64,000 bases of DNA from Polyangiaceae bacterium (lineage in GTDB: Bacteria; Myxococcota_A; Polyangia; Polyangiales; Polyangiaceae). The position numbers were made by a program, and so were the translations under genes. Within the stretch, counting starts at the first letter, position 1, and every line of letters begins with the position of its first letter. The notes under the pieces were generated by a model. That model worked only from the letters and a program-made list of their open reading frames with translations, searched no databases and had not been told where the DNA came from. Shown here in pieces: positions 41,100 to 51,399 of the stretch. The stretch covers positions 113,931 through 177,930 of the forward strand of contig JBNKBE010000013.1 in NCBI GenBank assembly GCA_050287085.1, read 5' to 3'.

Positions 41100-44090
41100 A
41101 TGCAGCCCGAGTCCTCCGTCGTGGGGGTCCTGTCCCCGTACACAGGCGGCTTCTACTACGGCGCCATCATCGCGGGGATCCAACGTGCGGCGCGACGGCG
41201 CGGTGCACGCGTCGTGGTGCTGCACACCACTGGACTGCAGCTCTGGTGGCCCGATAGCGACGCGCTGCCGCTAGCGCTATCGGACGTCGATGGTTGGATC
41301 GCCGTCAACGACGTGAGCGCGCCGCGTTTCTTGAACCACGTGGCTGCGCTGGGCCGTCCCCTTGTGTATCTGAGTCGCCGACCACAAGGTGTCAGCTGTT
41401 GCACCGTGCTGCCCGACAACCACGGAGGCACGCTCAGCGCAGTCCGACATCTGCTTGATCATGGTCATACTCGCATTGCTTTCGTCGGCTTGTTGAGCCA
41501 ACTCGACCTACGCGAACGCTATGAAGGCTATGTCGCGGCCCATCACGAGCGGGGTCTAGAGCCCGATCCGGCATTGCTATACTGGACTTCAAACAACCTA
41601 GAGCCGGATGGTTCTGACGTTGGACGTCAGATGGTGGCAGATGGTCTTCCGTGCACCGCTATTGCCGCTGGCACGGACAAGCTGGCCATCGGTTTGGTCT
41701 TGGCACTCCGCGAGGAGGGCGTCGAAGTCCCAGAGCAGGTAGCAGTTGTCGGCTTCGATGACATCGAGAAGGCGCAGTACGTCGATCCGCCGCTCTCGAC
41801 CGTGCGACAACGCTTCGACGTGTTGGCCGGTAAAGCGACAGACACACTTCTCGATCATCTGCATCATGCAACCAAGTTACCCAACACAGTGCGAGTGGCC
41901 ACCGCGCTAGTGACACGTGCTTCGTGCGGGTGCACGGGCTCGGCAGCAGAACGAGTCGCCGTCGAGGCGGAAAGCGATACGGGGCGTCCCGAAGCCCTCA
42001 CGCGAGCACTGCTCGAGCTGGCGGGGGCAACGAGTCAATACGCCATCGGGCGAAGCGCCTGGCCCGAAGCGGAACGCGTCGCCCACTATGTCCACGAGTT
42101 GAGTCAAGGTCGTCCGGCACCTGCAAAGCACTTGCGAGGCGCGTGGAAGGGCTTCGTCGACCACAACCACGACATCGATAGCATCGACCGCGCGATCGGC
42201 ATGACGGCCGACGCTGCACTCGCCTGGGCCGAGCTCGACGAGAGACGACAATACGTTCGCCAGGGCTTGCGCCCGCTTCGCGTGGAACTGATGCGTCAAT
42301 GGCGAGCTGCCCAACACGAACGCAATCGCTACTACGACTTCGTGGCTGAAGCCAACGGTAGGATCAATCAAGCGCTCACCGGCAACGAGTTCCGAGAAGC
42401 CAAGGCGTTGTCCTGGCTGAAGTGGACTCGTTTGCGTTATGGTGCACTCGGCCTGTGGGACATAGCCGCCAGCGGAGAACGACGACTCCGCATCGTCAGC
42501 GAGTACGGCGCGGGAGAAGAGTCGCTCCTGGGGCGTGACTTTGCAGCCGATGAGTTTCCTCCGCGCGCAGCTTCCGATCTCAGTGCAGAGCTGGGTCCCG
42601 ACAACGTGCTGATGGTCGTGCCCGTACCGGGGCAATCCGACAATCTAGGACTGCTCGCGGTTGCGGGCCCCATTGAAGTCGAGTTTCTCGACCACGTCGG
42701 CAGCCTGGGTGATTGGGCATCGCTACTGGGCGCGAGTTTGCAAAGAGAAAGAGTAGAGCAGAAGCTGCGCGAGTCCGCCTCGCACGACGCGCTCACGGGT
42801 TTGCCCAATCGAGCCCAGCTCATGGAGCGTTTAGCTGCCCTCCAGGAAGCCACGACCTTCGGAAGCCGCTTTGCCGTATTGTTCTTGGATCTGGATGACT
42901 TCAAGAACGTCAACGACAGCTTGGGGCACGTTGCAGGAGACCAGCTGCTGGTCGACATCGCAGCGCGACTCAGCGCGTCGCTGGAGGCAGGCGAGATGGT
43001 CGCTCGACTCGGCGGTGACGAGTTCGCAATCCTAGTGCCAGACATCCAGCACGAGGCCGACGCATTGGACGTCGTGACGCGTATTCAAGAAGCACTGCGG
43101 CCCCCTTTTGAGCTCGATGGGAATGTCGTATTCACGTCTTGCAGCGTGGGGGTCACCTTCAGCACCGAAAGCGACGCTCCGGCGACGGAGCTTCTGCGCA
43201 ACGCGGACACCGCGATGTATCGAGCCAAACTCGAGGGTCGCGCCCGGCACGAAATATTCCACCACGGCATGCACACGCAAGCCATGGAGCGCCTGCGCCT
43301 CGATACGCGGCTGAGGCGTGCGTTGGAAAGAGGCGAATTCGCGCTGCACTATCAACCCCTTCAATGCCAACGAAGCGGCCGCGCGATCGGCGCCGAGGCG
43401 CTCATTCGCTGGAATCATCCTCAGCAAGGGCTGCTCTCTCCCAGTCGCTTCTTAGCCGTCGCCGAAGAGGTCGGCCTGGCAATCCCGATCAGTCGCTGGG
43501 TCCTAGAGACGGCCTGCGCAGAAGCAAAGCACTGGCAACACGTGCAGGGTGCTCCCTACGTAAACGTCAACCTCCCAGCTCAGCATCTCAAGGATCCCAA
43601 CTTCGTAGCGCTGATCCAGGAGCTACTAGAACGCTTTGATCTTCCGCGAGGCGCGCTCGGGCTCGAATTGGTGGAGAGCAGCCTGGTTGAAGACCTCGAC
43701 GCCACCACGACCCTGCTCCTGCAGCTGGCTGATTTGGGGGTCCGCACCGCAATCGATGACTTCGGAATGGGCTATTCATCACTCAGCTACCTGAAGCGAC
43801 TCCCGGTACAGACTCTGAAAATCGATCGCGCTTTCATCGCGGGCGTGCCCCATGACGGGCGTGACGCAGCGATCGTCCGGGCCGTGATCGAGATGGGGCA
43901 CGGGCTGGATCTGCAAATCGTAGCGGAGGGCGTCGAACGGCCGGAACAGCTCGACTTCTTGCGCGCCCAAGGTTGCGACGCGGTACAGGGATTTTTGCTC
44001 AGCCGTCCCCTATCGGCCGGACAATGCCGCAACTTCCTCCACGCCCAACGGCCCAGGCCCGCCCTGGAGGAATCACTCCGAGTCAGCTGA
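41100..44090 (+). CDS. Diguanylate cyclase/phosphodiesterase with N-terminal LacI-type sugar-binding domain
   Basis: HLLDHGHTRIAFVG, VAVVGFDD, PPLSTVRQ; HDALTGLPNR, RLGGDEF; EALIRW, DDFGMGYSSL, AEGVE. Confidence 0.93.
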   Translation: MQPESSVVGVLSPYTGGFYYGAIIAGIQRAARRRGARVVVLHTTGLQLWWPDSDALPLALSDVDGWIAVNDVSAPRFLNHVAALGRPLVYLSRRPQGVSCCTVLPDNHGGTLSAVRHLLDHGHTRIAFVGLLSQLDLRERYEGYVAAHHERGLEPDPALLYWTSNNLEPDGSDVGRQMVADGLPCTAIAAGTDKLAIGLVLALREEGVEVPEQVAVVGFDDIEKAQYVDPPLSTVRQRFDVLAGKATDTLLDHLHHATKLPNTVRVATALVTRASCGCTGSAAERVAVEAESDTGRPEALTRALLELAGATSQYAIGRSAWPEAERVAHYVHELSQGRPAPAKHLRGAWKGFVDHNHDIDSIDRAIGMTADAALAWAELDERRQYVRQGLRPLRVELMRQWRAAQHERNRYYDFVAEANGRINQALTGNEFREAKALSWLKWTRLRYGALGLWDIAASGERRLRIVSEYGAGEESLLGRDFAADEFPPRAASDLSAELGPDNVLMVVPVPGQSDNLGLLAVAGPIEVEFLDHVGSLGDWASLLGASLQRERVEQKLRESASHDALTGLPNRAQLMERLAALQEATTFGSRFAVLFLDLDDFKNVNDSLGHVAGDQLLVDIAARLSASLEAGEMVARLGGDEFAILVPDIQHEADALDVVTRIQEALRPPFELDGNVVFTSCSVGVTFSTESDAPATELLRNADTAMYRAKLEGRARHEIFHHGMHTQAMERLRLDTRLRRALERGEFALHYQPLQCQRSGRAIGAEALIRWNHPQQGLLSPSRFLAVAEEVGLAIPISRWVLETACAEAKHWQHVQGAPYVNVNLPAQHLKDPNFVALIQELLERFDLPRGALGLELVESSLVEDLDATTTLLLQLADLGVRTAIDDFGMGYSSLSYLKRLPVQTLKIDRAFIAGVPHDGRDAAIVRAVIEMGHGLDLQIVAEGVERPEQLDFLRAQGCDAVQGFLLSRPLSAGQCRNFLHAQRPRPALEESLRVS

Positions 44091-44209
44091 GTCCACGTCG
44101 CTCTAATGCAATCACGCTTTCGTCCGTACTCTTAGCGACGGCCGGCTGCGGCCGGCAACGCCTATGCTCCACCGGAGCATGGGAGTGGGAGAAATGCGCC
44201 CGAGGCCCT

Positions 44210-45508
44210 ATGAACACGAGCGTCCGCGAGAAGCTGGAGTCGTCCTTTCAATCCTACCTAGCCCAAGTCACTGAGCACGTTCGCAATACCCCTGCGCACG
44301 ACGAGCTGGACGACGAGCTCGCTGAGGAGATTGCCGCTGAGGTCATCGTACGAGCGATCAAGGGGTGTCCTTCCGCTGAGACGCTCGACCAATACCTCGC
44401 GACCACTGCTGAACAAGTGGTGGGAGATCGTCTACGGCAATACGAGCAGAGCCACACCCCCGAGTCGACCCAAACCTTCAGCGCCCACGCTGAGGCTGCC
44501 GCAGCGCCCGCCATCCAAGAAGACGAGTGGGACGAAAACGACGAGGAAGAAAGCGCTGTAGCTGACGCCGAGCCTAGTTCCGAACCTGGCGGGCAAGACC
44601 CGACACTGGACGCCAGGGCTGACGCCTTCGACGTTGATCGCTCGGAGAAAGCCGGTAGCGCCGACGAAGTCGACCAGGACGAAGAAGCCCTATTGGACGA
44701 CGAGACCCCACCGGAAGCACTGACCGCCGGCGAGGACGAGCCAGACGCCCCTGACGACGTGCCCTCCCTGGAGGACGGCCACAGCGGCGACCCCTTCGCA
44801 GACGACTGGGGTGACGAGGACGACGGCGCCTTGTTTGCTGACGCCGACGGGCAAGCCGAGGCCGACGCGCCCGACAGCACGGGCACGCCGGCCATTTTGG
44901 ATGAGTTCGACGAAGATTCGGCGCCCCCGCCCGAACACGATTTTGCCGCGGACGTGACAGACCCGCCTGCACTGGTTTCGGAGGAGGACGACGACGCGGA
45001 GTTGCCCGAACCCCCGCGTTCGAGCGCAAGACGACCGAGCCAAGACGCAGCCTTTGTGGAAGGGCTAGCGACCTTGGAAGAGGAAGCGAAAGCGCTTGCT
45101 CCCCCCCCTGTGGCCACTTCTCGCGACAAAGAAACGCTGCCTCCACCTTCCTCCCGCAGACGCACCCCGACTCCGGCGGCGCTGCCTCCAGCCCCCGCCA
45201 CCGAGACGCTGCGTATTCCACGGGGTACGGAGCCTTTGGGAGACGCTCTCAGCGGCTTGGCTTGTTGCGGCTTTCCGGACAATCCGCTGCGGGCCGCCCG
45301 GTTGTGTCTGGTGTCACTGGCGGATGAATTGGGTGCCGACCCCGTCGACGCCCTCTCCCATACTGTAGAAGTGGCCGATGCCTTGGAAGCGGTGGTACGG
45401 CGCCACGCGGAGCCAGGAACGCGCCCTTGGCCGCGGGTGGACCTGCTCACGGACTGGCAACGGGTGGCGCGTCGTGCCACCCTGCGCGCCCTCTATCGGG
45501 AACGCTGA
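44210..45508 (+). CDS. Hypothetical acidic, largely disordered protein
   Basis: Long ORF with GC3-rich codons; D/E-rich core flanked by short helical domains. Confidence 0.7.
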   Translation: MNTSVREKLESSFQSYLAQVTEHVRNTPAHDELDDELAEEIAAEVIVRAIKGCPSAETLDQYLATTAEQVVGDRLRQYEQSHTPESTQTFSAHAEAAAAPAIQEDEWDENDEEESAVADAEPSSEPGGQDPTLDARADAFDVDRSEKAGSADEVDQDEEALLDDETPPEALTAGEDEPDAPDDVPSLEDGHSGDPFADDWGDEDDGALFADADGQAEADAPDSTGTPAILDEFDEDSAPPPEHDFAADVTDPPALVSEEDDDAELPEPPRSSARRPSQDAAFVEGLATLEEEAKALAPPPVATSRDKETLPPPSSRRRTPTPAALPPAPATETLRIPRGTEPLGDALSGLACCGFPDNPLRAARLCLVSLADELGADPVDALSHTVEVADALEAVVRRHAEPGTRPWPRVDLLTDWQRVARRATLRALYRER

Positions 45509-45512
45509 CCGC

Positions 45513-45542
45513 GGTGTGGGGTAGATAGATCCGCCCCACACC
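45513..45542 (+). terminator. Hairpin after the acidic-protein gene
   Basis: GGTGTGGGG-N12-CCCCACACC. Confidence 0.45.
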
Positions 45543-45606
45543 CGGCCGCCACTGGTCGCACGCCGTGCGCCAGACGCCCATGCGCCGCATGCCGCCTGAA
45601 ATCCGT

Positions 45607-45622
45607 CGGCACGCCTTTCGCT
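45607..45622 (+). promoter_or_regulatory. Candidate sigma-54 (-24/-12) promoter upstream of recA
   Basis: CGGCACGCCTTTCGCT, GG-N10-GC spacing, about 50 bp before the ATG. Confidence 0.45.
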
Positions 45623-45672
45623 CCTACGCGATGAGTCGCCCCCACGTTGGGCGACTCAAACAGGAGTGAACG

Positions 45673-46929
45673 ATGACCAGCCCAAGAGATCCGAAGCCAA
45701 CCCCCACCGCACCCCGAAACAAAGCACAGAAGCCGCCCGCCATGGGCGCTTGCAAGTCCTCCGGAGAAACGAGCTCAAAGCGCCCTGCTAGCGAGAGCGA
45801 GAGCGAGAGCGAGAGCGAGAGCGAGGTTGCGGCCAGCAGTAGCTCAGCTCCGACCCCGAGCTCCGCTCCGACCAGCTCAGCTCCGACCAGCTCAGCTCCG
45901 ACCAGCTCAGCTCCGACCCCGAGCTCAGCTCCGACCCCTAACGAGGCGGAAGCACTGCCGGAGCTCACGACGCGAGCGATCACCGACATTGAAAAGAGCT
46001 TCGGCAAAGGCGCCATCATGGTGCTGGGGCAGAAACCGGATCGCCGGTTTGCCGTCATCCCCTCAGGTTCCCCCACCCTGGACCGTGCGCTGGGCATCGG
46101 CGGCTATCCGCGGGGAAGGATCACCGAGATATTTGGCCCCGAAAGCAGCGGCAAGACAACGCTGACCCTGCACGCGATTGCGGAACTCCAGCGCTTAGGC
46201 GGAGTGGCCGCCTTCATCGACGCAGAACATGCCTTCGACGTCCGCTACGCGCGGGCCATCGGGGTAGACGTCAACCGCTTGCTGATCGCCCAGCCCGACT
46301 ACGGTGAGCAAGCCCTCGAGATATGCCAGCGCTTGACCAACGACGGCGCGGTTGACCTCATTGTCGTTGATTCGGTGGCAGCCCTGGTGCCCAAGGCCGA
46401 AATCGACGGCGAGATGGGGGACTCGCATATGGGTCTGCAGGCGCGCCTCATGAGCCAAGCGCTGCGCAAACTCACGGCCGTCGGCAATAAGAGCAACACG
46501 ACTTTGATGTTCATCAACCAGCTGCGCCAGAAGCTGGGAATCGTGTTTGGGAACCCGGAGACAACCACCGGCGGCAATGCACTCAAGTTCTACTCGAGCG
46601 TTCGCCTGGATGTTCGCAGAATTGGCAAGGTCACCGCTGGCGAGACGTTGATCGGCAACCGTACGCGCGTGAAGGTCGTGAAGAATAAGTGCGCGCGGCC
46701 GTTCGCTGAAGCGGAGTTCGACATCCGTTTCGGCAGCGGGATCGACGCGCTCAGCGACCTACTGGACGTAGCGGTCGGACAGGGCGTTGTGCAGAAGAAC
46801 GGCGCTCACTACGTCCTGGACGGCAAGGCACTCGCCCACGGCCGAGAACGGGCACGGGAAGCCCTCTGCACCGATCCGGAGCTCGCAACTCGACTCCGCA
46901 GCAAGCTGTCCGAACCGTGGGCCGCGTAG
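45673..46929 (+). CDS. recA: Recombinase RecA with a low-complexity N-terminal extension
   Basis: [68 protein letters not shown] before the ATG. Confidence 0.97.
   Translation: MTSPRDPKPTPTAPRNKAQKPPAMGACKSSGETSSKRPASESESESESESEVAASSSSAPTPSSAPTSSAPTSSAPTSSAPTPSSAPTPNEAEALPELTTRAITDIEKSFGKGAIMVLGQKPDRRFAVIPSGSPTLDRALGIGGYPRGRITEIFGPESSGKTTLTLHAIAELQRLGGVAAFIDAEHAFDVRYARAIGVDVNRLLIAQPDYGEQALEICQRLTNDGAVDLIVVDSVAALVPKAEIDGEMGDSHMGLQARLMSQALRKLTAVGNKSNTTLMFINQLRQKLGIVFGNPETTTGGNALKFYSSVRLDVRRIGKVTAGETLIGNRTRVKVVKNKCARPFAEAEFDIRFGSGIDALSDLLDVAVGQGVVQKNGAHYVLDGKALAHGRERAREALCTDPELATRLRSKLSEPWAA
45790..45936 (+). repeat. In-frame tandem repeats in the recA N-terminus: (AGCGAG)x6 and (AGCTCAGCTCCGACC)x6
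   Basis: Encode (SE)n and SSAPT(P) repeats. Confidence 0.95.
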
Positions 46930-47087
46930 CGGCTCGGACGTCCACCGCGCTCCAAGGAACCCCCCGCGAAGCGCGTCGCGTGGGGGCCACGGGGACCACA
47001 GCCGGAGCCCCTCGGGTGTGGTTTGGGGTTCGGGGTCGTGAAGCGCCAAGACCTTCCCTTTTCGCGGCAGTTGGGTAGGGTCGGGTC

Positions 47088-47822
47088 GTGCTCGACCGTC
47101 GTCTGTTGCCCCTAGCCACCTGGCTATCCTTGGGGCTGCTTGTCCTTTGCAACCCCACCCCCGTCCAAGCCTGGAACCGCTACCTGGAGATCCCGCCCGG
47201 AGGGGAGGCTCAAGACAGCCCGGCCTACCGCTACGCAAACCTCTCCAACGAGGATGCCTTGGCGGAACTCGACCGCCGTCATATCGGTTATCAGCGAGAG
47301 TCGCCAACGCGCGGCGTTCGCCTGCCGATTCGCTTGCGGGGGCTTCTCAACGGCGTCCTCATCCGTTCGTCACTTCCCGAAGCAGAATGGGCCACAACCC
47401 CCTACAACATTCTCGACGCCCGCCTGGCACTGGCGCTCGACGACTTGACCCGCGTTCTGCGTCTGCACGACGTCGTCGAAGTGGTGCATTTCACGATGTA
47501 CCGCAGTCCCAGGAGTTCGGGGGACGCGCCGCAGTACCGTCATCCGGGTGGACTCGCCATCGACCTGGGTGCCATCAAGAAAACGAGTGGTGAATGGCTC
47601 AGCGTCGGGCCGCATTGGCCGGGAGAAATCGGGGCCAAAACCTGCGGCAGCGGAGCGCGCAAGTTGGTTGGACGCCGCGGCCGTGAACTGCTGAGCATCG
47701 CATGCGAAGTCGCAGACTTGCGGATCTTCCATTATATGCTCTCCCCGCACTTCGATCACGCCCACGACGACCATTGGCATCTGGAGCTGAAGCCGGAAGT
47801 AAAATGGTTTCTCGTCAATTGA
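47088..47822 (+). CDS. Extensin-like C-terminal domain protein (peptidase M15-like fold), exported
   Basis: Signal peptide, RHPGGLAID, HDDHWHLE. Confidence 0.8.
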   Translation: MLDRRLLPLATWLSLGLLVLCNPTPVQAWNRYLEIPPGGEAQDSPAYRYANLSNEDALAELDRRHIGYQRESPTRGVRLPIRLRGLLNGVLIRSSLPEAEWATTPYNILDARLALALDDLTRVLRLHDVVEVVHFTMYRSPRSSGDAPQYRHPGGLAIDLGAIKKTSGEWLSVGPHWPGEIGAKTCGSGARKLVGRRGRELLSIACEVADLRIFHYMLSPHFDHAHDDHWHLELKPEVKWFLVN

Positions 47823-47942
47823 AGTCGCTCCGACTTCGTGAGCGGTGACAATCGTGTGACACGGTCACGCGGCGCGGCAGACACGCGTCCGGTACCGCCG
47901 TGGCCGGTTTCTTTGCCACACGACTTCTGCTAAGCGCTGGCC

Positions 47943-49331
47943 ATGAGCCTGGGACAACTTCTCGGTCCGGAACTCAAAGCGCTGCTGCTTGACAATCCAA
48001 AGGAATTCCAGGAGTTGGTGGATGAGATCCACCCCCAGGATCTCGCGGATGTGCTCGATGACCTGACCGTGGTCGAGGCTTCTCAGGCCCTCACCTCGCT
48101 ACCGGCAGACTACGCAGCCCAGGTCTTCGAAAGGCTGGAAGAAGAGCAGCAAGGGGTGCTCGCGTCGGAGCTGGGGCGCGAGTCCACAGCGCGTCTCGCC
48201 GCGCATATGGATCCGGACGACGCGACCGACTTTCTCGCGGCGCTTCCCGACGAAGATCAAAAGGCCGTGCTGCAACAGATGCTGCACGATGCGCCCGAAG
48301 CAGCGGCGCAGTTGCAGAGCCTCGGCAGCTGGGACGAATCGACCGCCGGCGGCTTGATGACCCCCCACTACCTGTCGGTACGCCCCGACATGACCGTCAA
48401 GAAGGCCACCAAGCACATTCGCATGCAAGCGGAGGTCGCCGAGTCCGTCGATTGCATCTACGTGACGGACGCAAACGAGAAACTGCTCGGCTTGGTCACC
48501 ATGAGGCGCCTGCTCCTGGCGCCGGCAAACGCCAACGTGAATGACCTCATGAGCCAGTCCGTGAAGTCAGTGCCACCCGAGCTGGATCAGGAGGAGGTCG
48601 CGCGAATGCTCGCGAAGTACGACCTGGGCGCGGTGCCCGTCGTCGACCACGACGAGCGCCTACTCGGAGTGATCACTGCAGACGACGTCCTGGACGTGAT
48701 CCGCGAAGAGCAGAGTGAGGACGTGCACAAGATGGCGGCGATCGAACCGCTGCGCGATGGCTACCTCGAGACGCATTTCGCGACCTTCTTGCGCAAGCGA
48801 GCGCCCTGGCTGCTCATCCTCTTCGCTGGCGGATTTCTGTCCACCCAGGCCATGCAGTCCTTCGAAGGCGAGCTCTCCCGGGTCACCGAGCTGGCGTTCT
48901 ATCTGCCCCTTCTCATCTCTGCGGGTGGTAACAGCGGCTCCCAATCATCCACACTGGTGATCCGAGCTCTGGCGGTCGGTGACGTGCAGACCTCCGATTG
49001 GTGGCGAGTGCTCACGCGCGAGGGCTCCCAGGGCTTTGTCCTAGGCATTCTGCTGGCGGGACTGGGAATGCTGCGCGCCATGCTCAGCGGCGATGGACCG
49101 CAGTTCGCCGTGCTCGTGGGCATCACCATTGTGGCCATTGTCGTACTCGGCTGTGTCGTCGGCGCGCTCGCCCCCATCGCCCTGCACCGGGTTGGCATCG
49201 ACCCCGCCACCAGCTCCACCCCTTTCATCGCCACATTGGTCGATGTCTTGGGCATCGTGGTATATCTTTCTCTGGCCCGCGCTTTGCTGGGGGCGCTCAA
49301 CGTCGCGGCGCCAGTGCTCGGCTCTTCCTAG
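47943..49331 (+). CDS. mgtE: Magnesium transporter MgtE
   Basis: HPQDLAD, TAGGLMT, CBS pair, SAGGNSGSQ, IDPATSSTPFIATLVD. Confidence 0.96.
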   Translation: MSLGQLLGPELKALLLDNPKEFQELVDEIHPQDLADVLDDLTVVEASQALTSLPADYAAQVFERLEEEQQGVLASELGRESTARLAAHMDPDDATDFLAALPDEDQKAVLQQMLHDAPEAAAQLQSLGSWDESTAGGLMTPHYLSVRPDMTVKKATKHIRMQAEVAESVDCIYVTDANEKLLGLVTMRRLLLAPANANVNDLMSQSVKSVPPELDQEEVARMLAKYDLGAVPVVDHDERLLGVITADDVLDVIREEQSEDVHKMAAIEPLRDGYLETHFATFLRKRAPWLLILFAGGFLSTQAMQSFEGELSRVTELAFYLPLLISAGGNSGSQSSTLVIRALAVGDVQTSDWWRVLTREGSQGFVLGILLAGLGMLRAMLSGDGPQFAVLVGITIVAIVVLGCVVGALAPIALHRVGIDPATSSTPFIATLVDVLGIVVYLSLARALLGALNVAAPVLGSS

Positions 49332-49418
49332 TCGGTCTTCCAGGGGCCGCTCCCGAAAGTCCAATCCCCCCGCAATAATTGACGGGTGGAGCCACGTTGC
49401 ATATGCGAGGTTAGTGGT

Positions 49419-50753
49419 ATGAGTCTGCCCAATGCGATCATCGAAGCCCAGCTGGCAAGCCCAGACGCCGTCGAAGAAGCGCTCGCGCGGCAGGAGCTCT
49501 ACGGCGGCGACCTGGTAACGCAGCTGTTGGCTGTGGTTTCGGTGGAGGAACAGGCACTGCTGGACGTGGTGGCACGCACCCTGGCCGGCTCAGCGGCCGC
49601 CTCGGGCGAGTTACCTCCCGCTGCCCCTGCGGCCCTACAGCTCGTCTCGCGCGACACCGCCCGAGAGCTCGACGTTTACCCGCTGGACCTGACGGAAGGT
49701 ACACTCACCGTAGCGGTGGCGGACCCCAGCCACGCAAGCGCGCTGCTCGCTGAGCTTCCGTATTCACGCGTGCGAGTCCGAGCGCTCCTCGCACTGACTC
49801 CCCGCATTCGGCAGGCCATCGCACGCGACTACGCGCTCACGCTCGATCCCGCCTCCCAGAGCGCGCTCGCCCACCTCACCCGCGACGCAGGCCCAACCGC
49901 ACTACCGCCCCCCGTTGGTCACGGCGCGTCAGCGACCTTCTCCGCACTACCGCGCCCCCGTTCAGCCCCGCCTTTTGGCTTCCCCGATGATTGGTCGGAC
50001 GCGCTGACGCCCACAGGCGGCTCGCTATTGGCTGAGACAGCGAGACAGCCGACGGTGGTGGCGCCTTCGTTCGCCTACGATCGCATGCGCCCGCAGCCGT
50101 CCCAAGCTCTGCTCGATGCGGAGGTTTCGCTCGCCCCGAGCGAGGCACCCCAGATCACCACGAGGGGGCCCTACAGCTTGGCTCGGCTGTGTGAAGATCT
50201 ACAGAATGAACGGCGCCCTGATGAAGTGCTCGCTTCCTACGCCCATTTTGCGGCCCAGTTCTTCGACTACACAGCCCTCATCACATTGCGCGGCGACTAC
50301 GCGCGCGTCCGTGCGGCACGAGGGCGCGGCGCGCCCCTCGTGGAGGCTGGAGCCAACCGACTTCTGATTCAGGACTACCCTCTGCTGCGCGAGCTGCGCA
50401 ACGAAGGCCGCTACCGGATCTGTCCGCTCGTCAGTATCGAACCCAAGCTTGCAGAACTCTTTGCGCGCGAGGAGGAGCGCAGCTCCCTCTTCATTCCGCT
50501 CAAAGTGCGTGGTCGCGTTCTGCTGCTGCTATTCGGAGCCAACGACGACACACCCGCGTCTATCGAGTCCGTCGGCGAGTTGCTTGCCGCTGAGCCCTTT
50601 GTCAGTCAGGCCTTCGAGCGGGCTATCCATTTCCGCAAGATGCCTTCGCTTCCACCGCTGCAACCCTTGCCCCGCGTTCCCAAGAAGCCCTTCGCCCCGC
50701 CACCGCGCAGCCAGCGCGCAAGAATCCTTGCCGATGCGCTGAACGACGAATGA
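49419..50753 (+). CDS. Hypothetical protein with MshEN/T2SSE_N-like N-domain and FrgA-like/GAF-like C-domain
   Basis: EEALARQ..GGDL, LTVAVADP, IRQAIARDY; C-terminal IPLKVRGRVLLLLFG. Confidence 0.7.
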   Translation: MSLPNAIIEAQLASPDAVEEALARQELYGGDLVTQLLAVVSVEEQALLDVVARTLAGSAAASGELPPAAPAALQLVSRDTARELDVYPLDLTEGTLTVAVADPSHASALLAELPYSRVRVRALLALTPRIRQAIARDYALTLDPASQSALAHLTRDAGPTALPPPVGHGASATFSALPRPRSAPPFGFPDDWSDALTPTGGSLLAETARQPTVVAPSFAYDRMRPQPSQALLDAEVSLAPSEAPQITTRGPYSLARLCEDLQNERRPDEVLASYAHFAAQFFDYTALITLRGDYARVRAARGRGAPLVEAGANRLLIQDYPLLRELRNEGRYRICPLVSIEPKLAELFAREEERSSLFIPLKVRGRVLLLLFGANDDTPASIESVGELLAAEPFVSQAFERAIHFRKMPSLPPLQPLPRVPKKPFAPPPRSQRARILADALNDE

Positions 50754-51394
50754 GCCCAGCGGTCCGCGACGAGACGGAGCTGCTCACCCGACTCCGCGCC
50801 CGTGACGAAGCGGCCTTTGCGGAGCTGGTCGATTCCTGCCACGGACGGCTGGTTCAGCTCGCCATGAGCTTTGTTCGGAGTCGGGCCGTGGCGGAAGAAG
50901 TGGCTCAAGAGACTTGGCTCGCCGTCATGAACGGACTCGATCGCTTTGAGGGTCGCTCAGGGCTCCGCACCTGGATCTTCCGGATTCTCGCCAATCGCGC
51001 CAAAAGTCGCGGGTCGCGCGAGAGCCGATGCGTGCCGTTTTCCGCCTTGGGCAACGGTGATGAAACCACACTCGAAGAACACGACCCAAGCGCACCCGCC
51101 GTCGACCCGGCACGCTTTCAGAGCAATGGGATGTGGTCCGCGCCACCGCGCAGATGGAACGACGCCGCCGATCGTCTGCTCATGAACCGCCAAGGTCTCG
51201 AGCAGCTCAAGCGAGCTCTTGATTCGTTGCCACAAGCCCAGCGAGCGGTGGTCGTGCTGCGCGATATTGAGGGACTGGCTTCGGATGAAGTGTGTAACGT
51301 TCTGGAGCTCAGCGAGACCAATCAGCGGGTCCTCCTACACCGAGCCCGGACCAAGCTTCGGACCCTCCTCGAAGACTATATTGAACGGAGCTGA
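50750..51394 (+). CDS. ECF sigma-70 factor
   Basis: AEEVAQETW, FEGRS.LRTWIFRI, LP..QR.VVVLRDIEG, RVLLHRAR. Confidence 0.95.
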   Translation: MSPAVRDETELLTRLRARDEAAFAELVDSCHGRLVQLAMSFVRSRAVAEEVAQETWLAVMNGLDRFEGRSGLRTWIFRILANRAKSRGSRESRCVPFSALGNGDETTLEEHDPSAPAVDPARFQSNGMWSAPPRRWNDAADRLLMNRQGLEQLKRALDSLPQAQRAVVVLRDIEGLASDEVCNVLELSETNQRVLLHRARTKLRTLLEDYIERS

Positions 51395-51399
51395 GCGCC

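Noticed and set aside
47823..47942. M-box riboswitch upstream of mgtE
   Set aside because: Only 120 bp with two small hairpins; too short and no conserved motif seen
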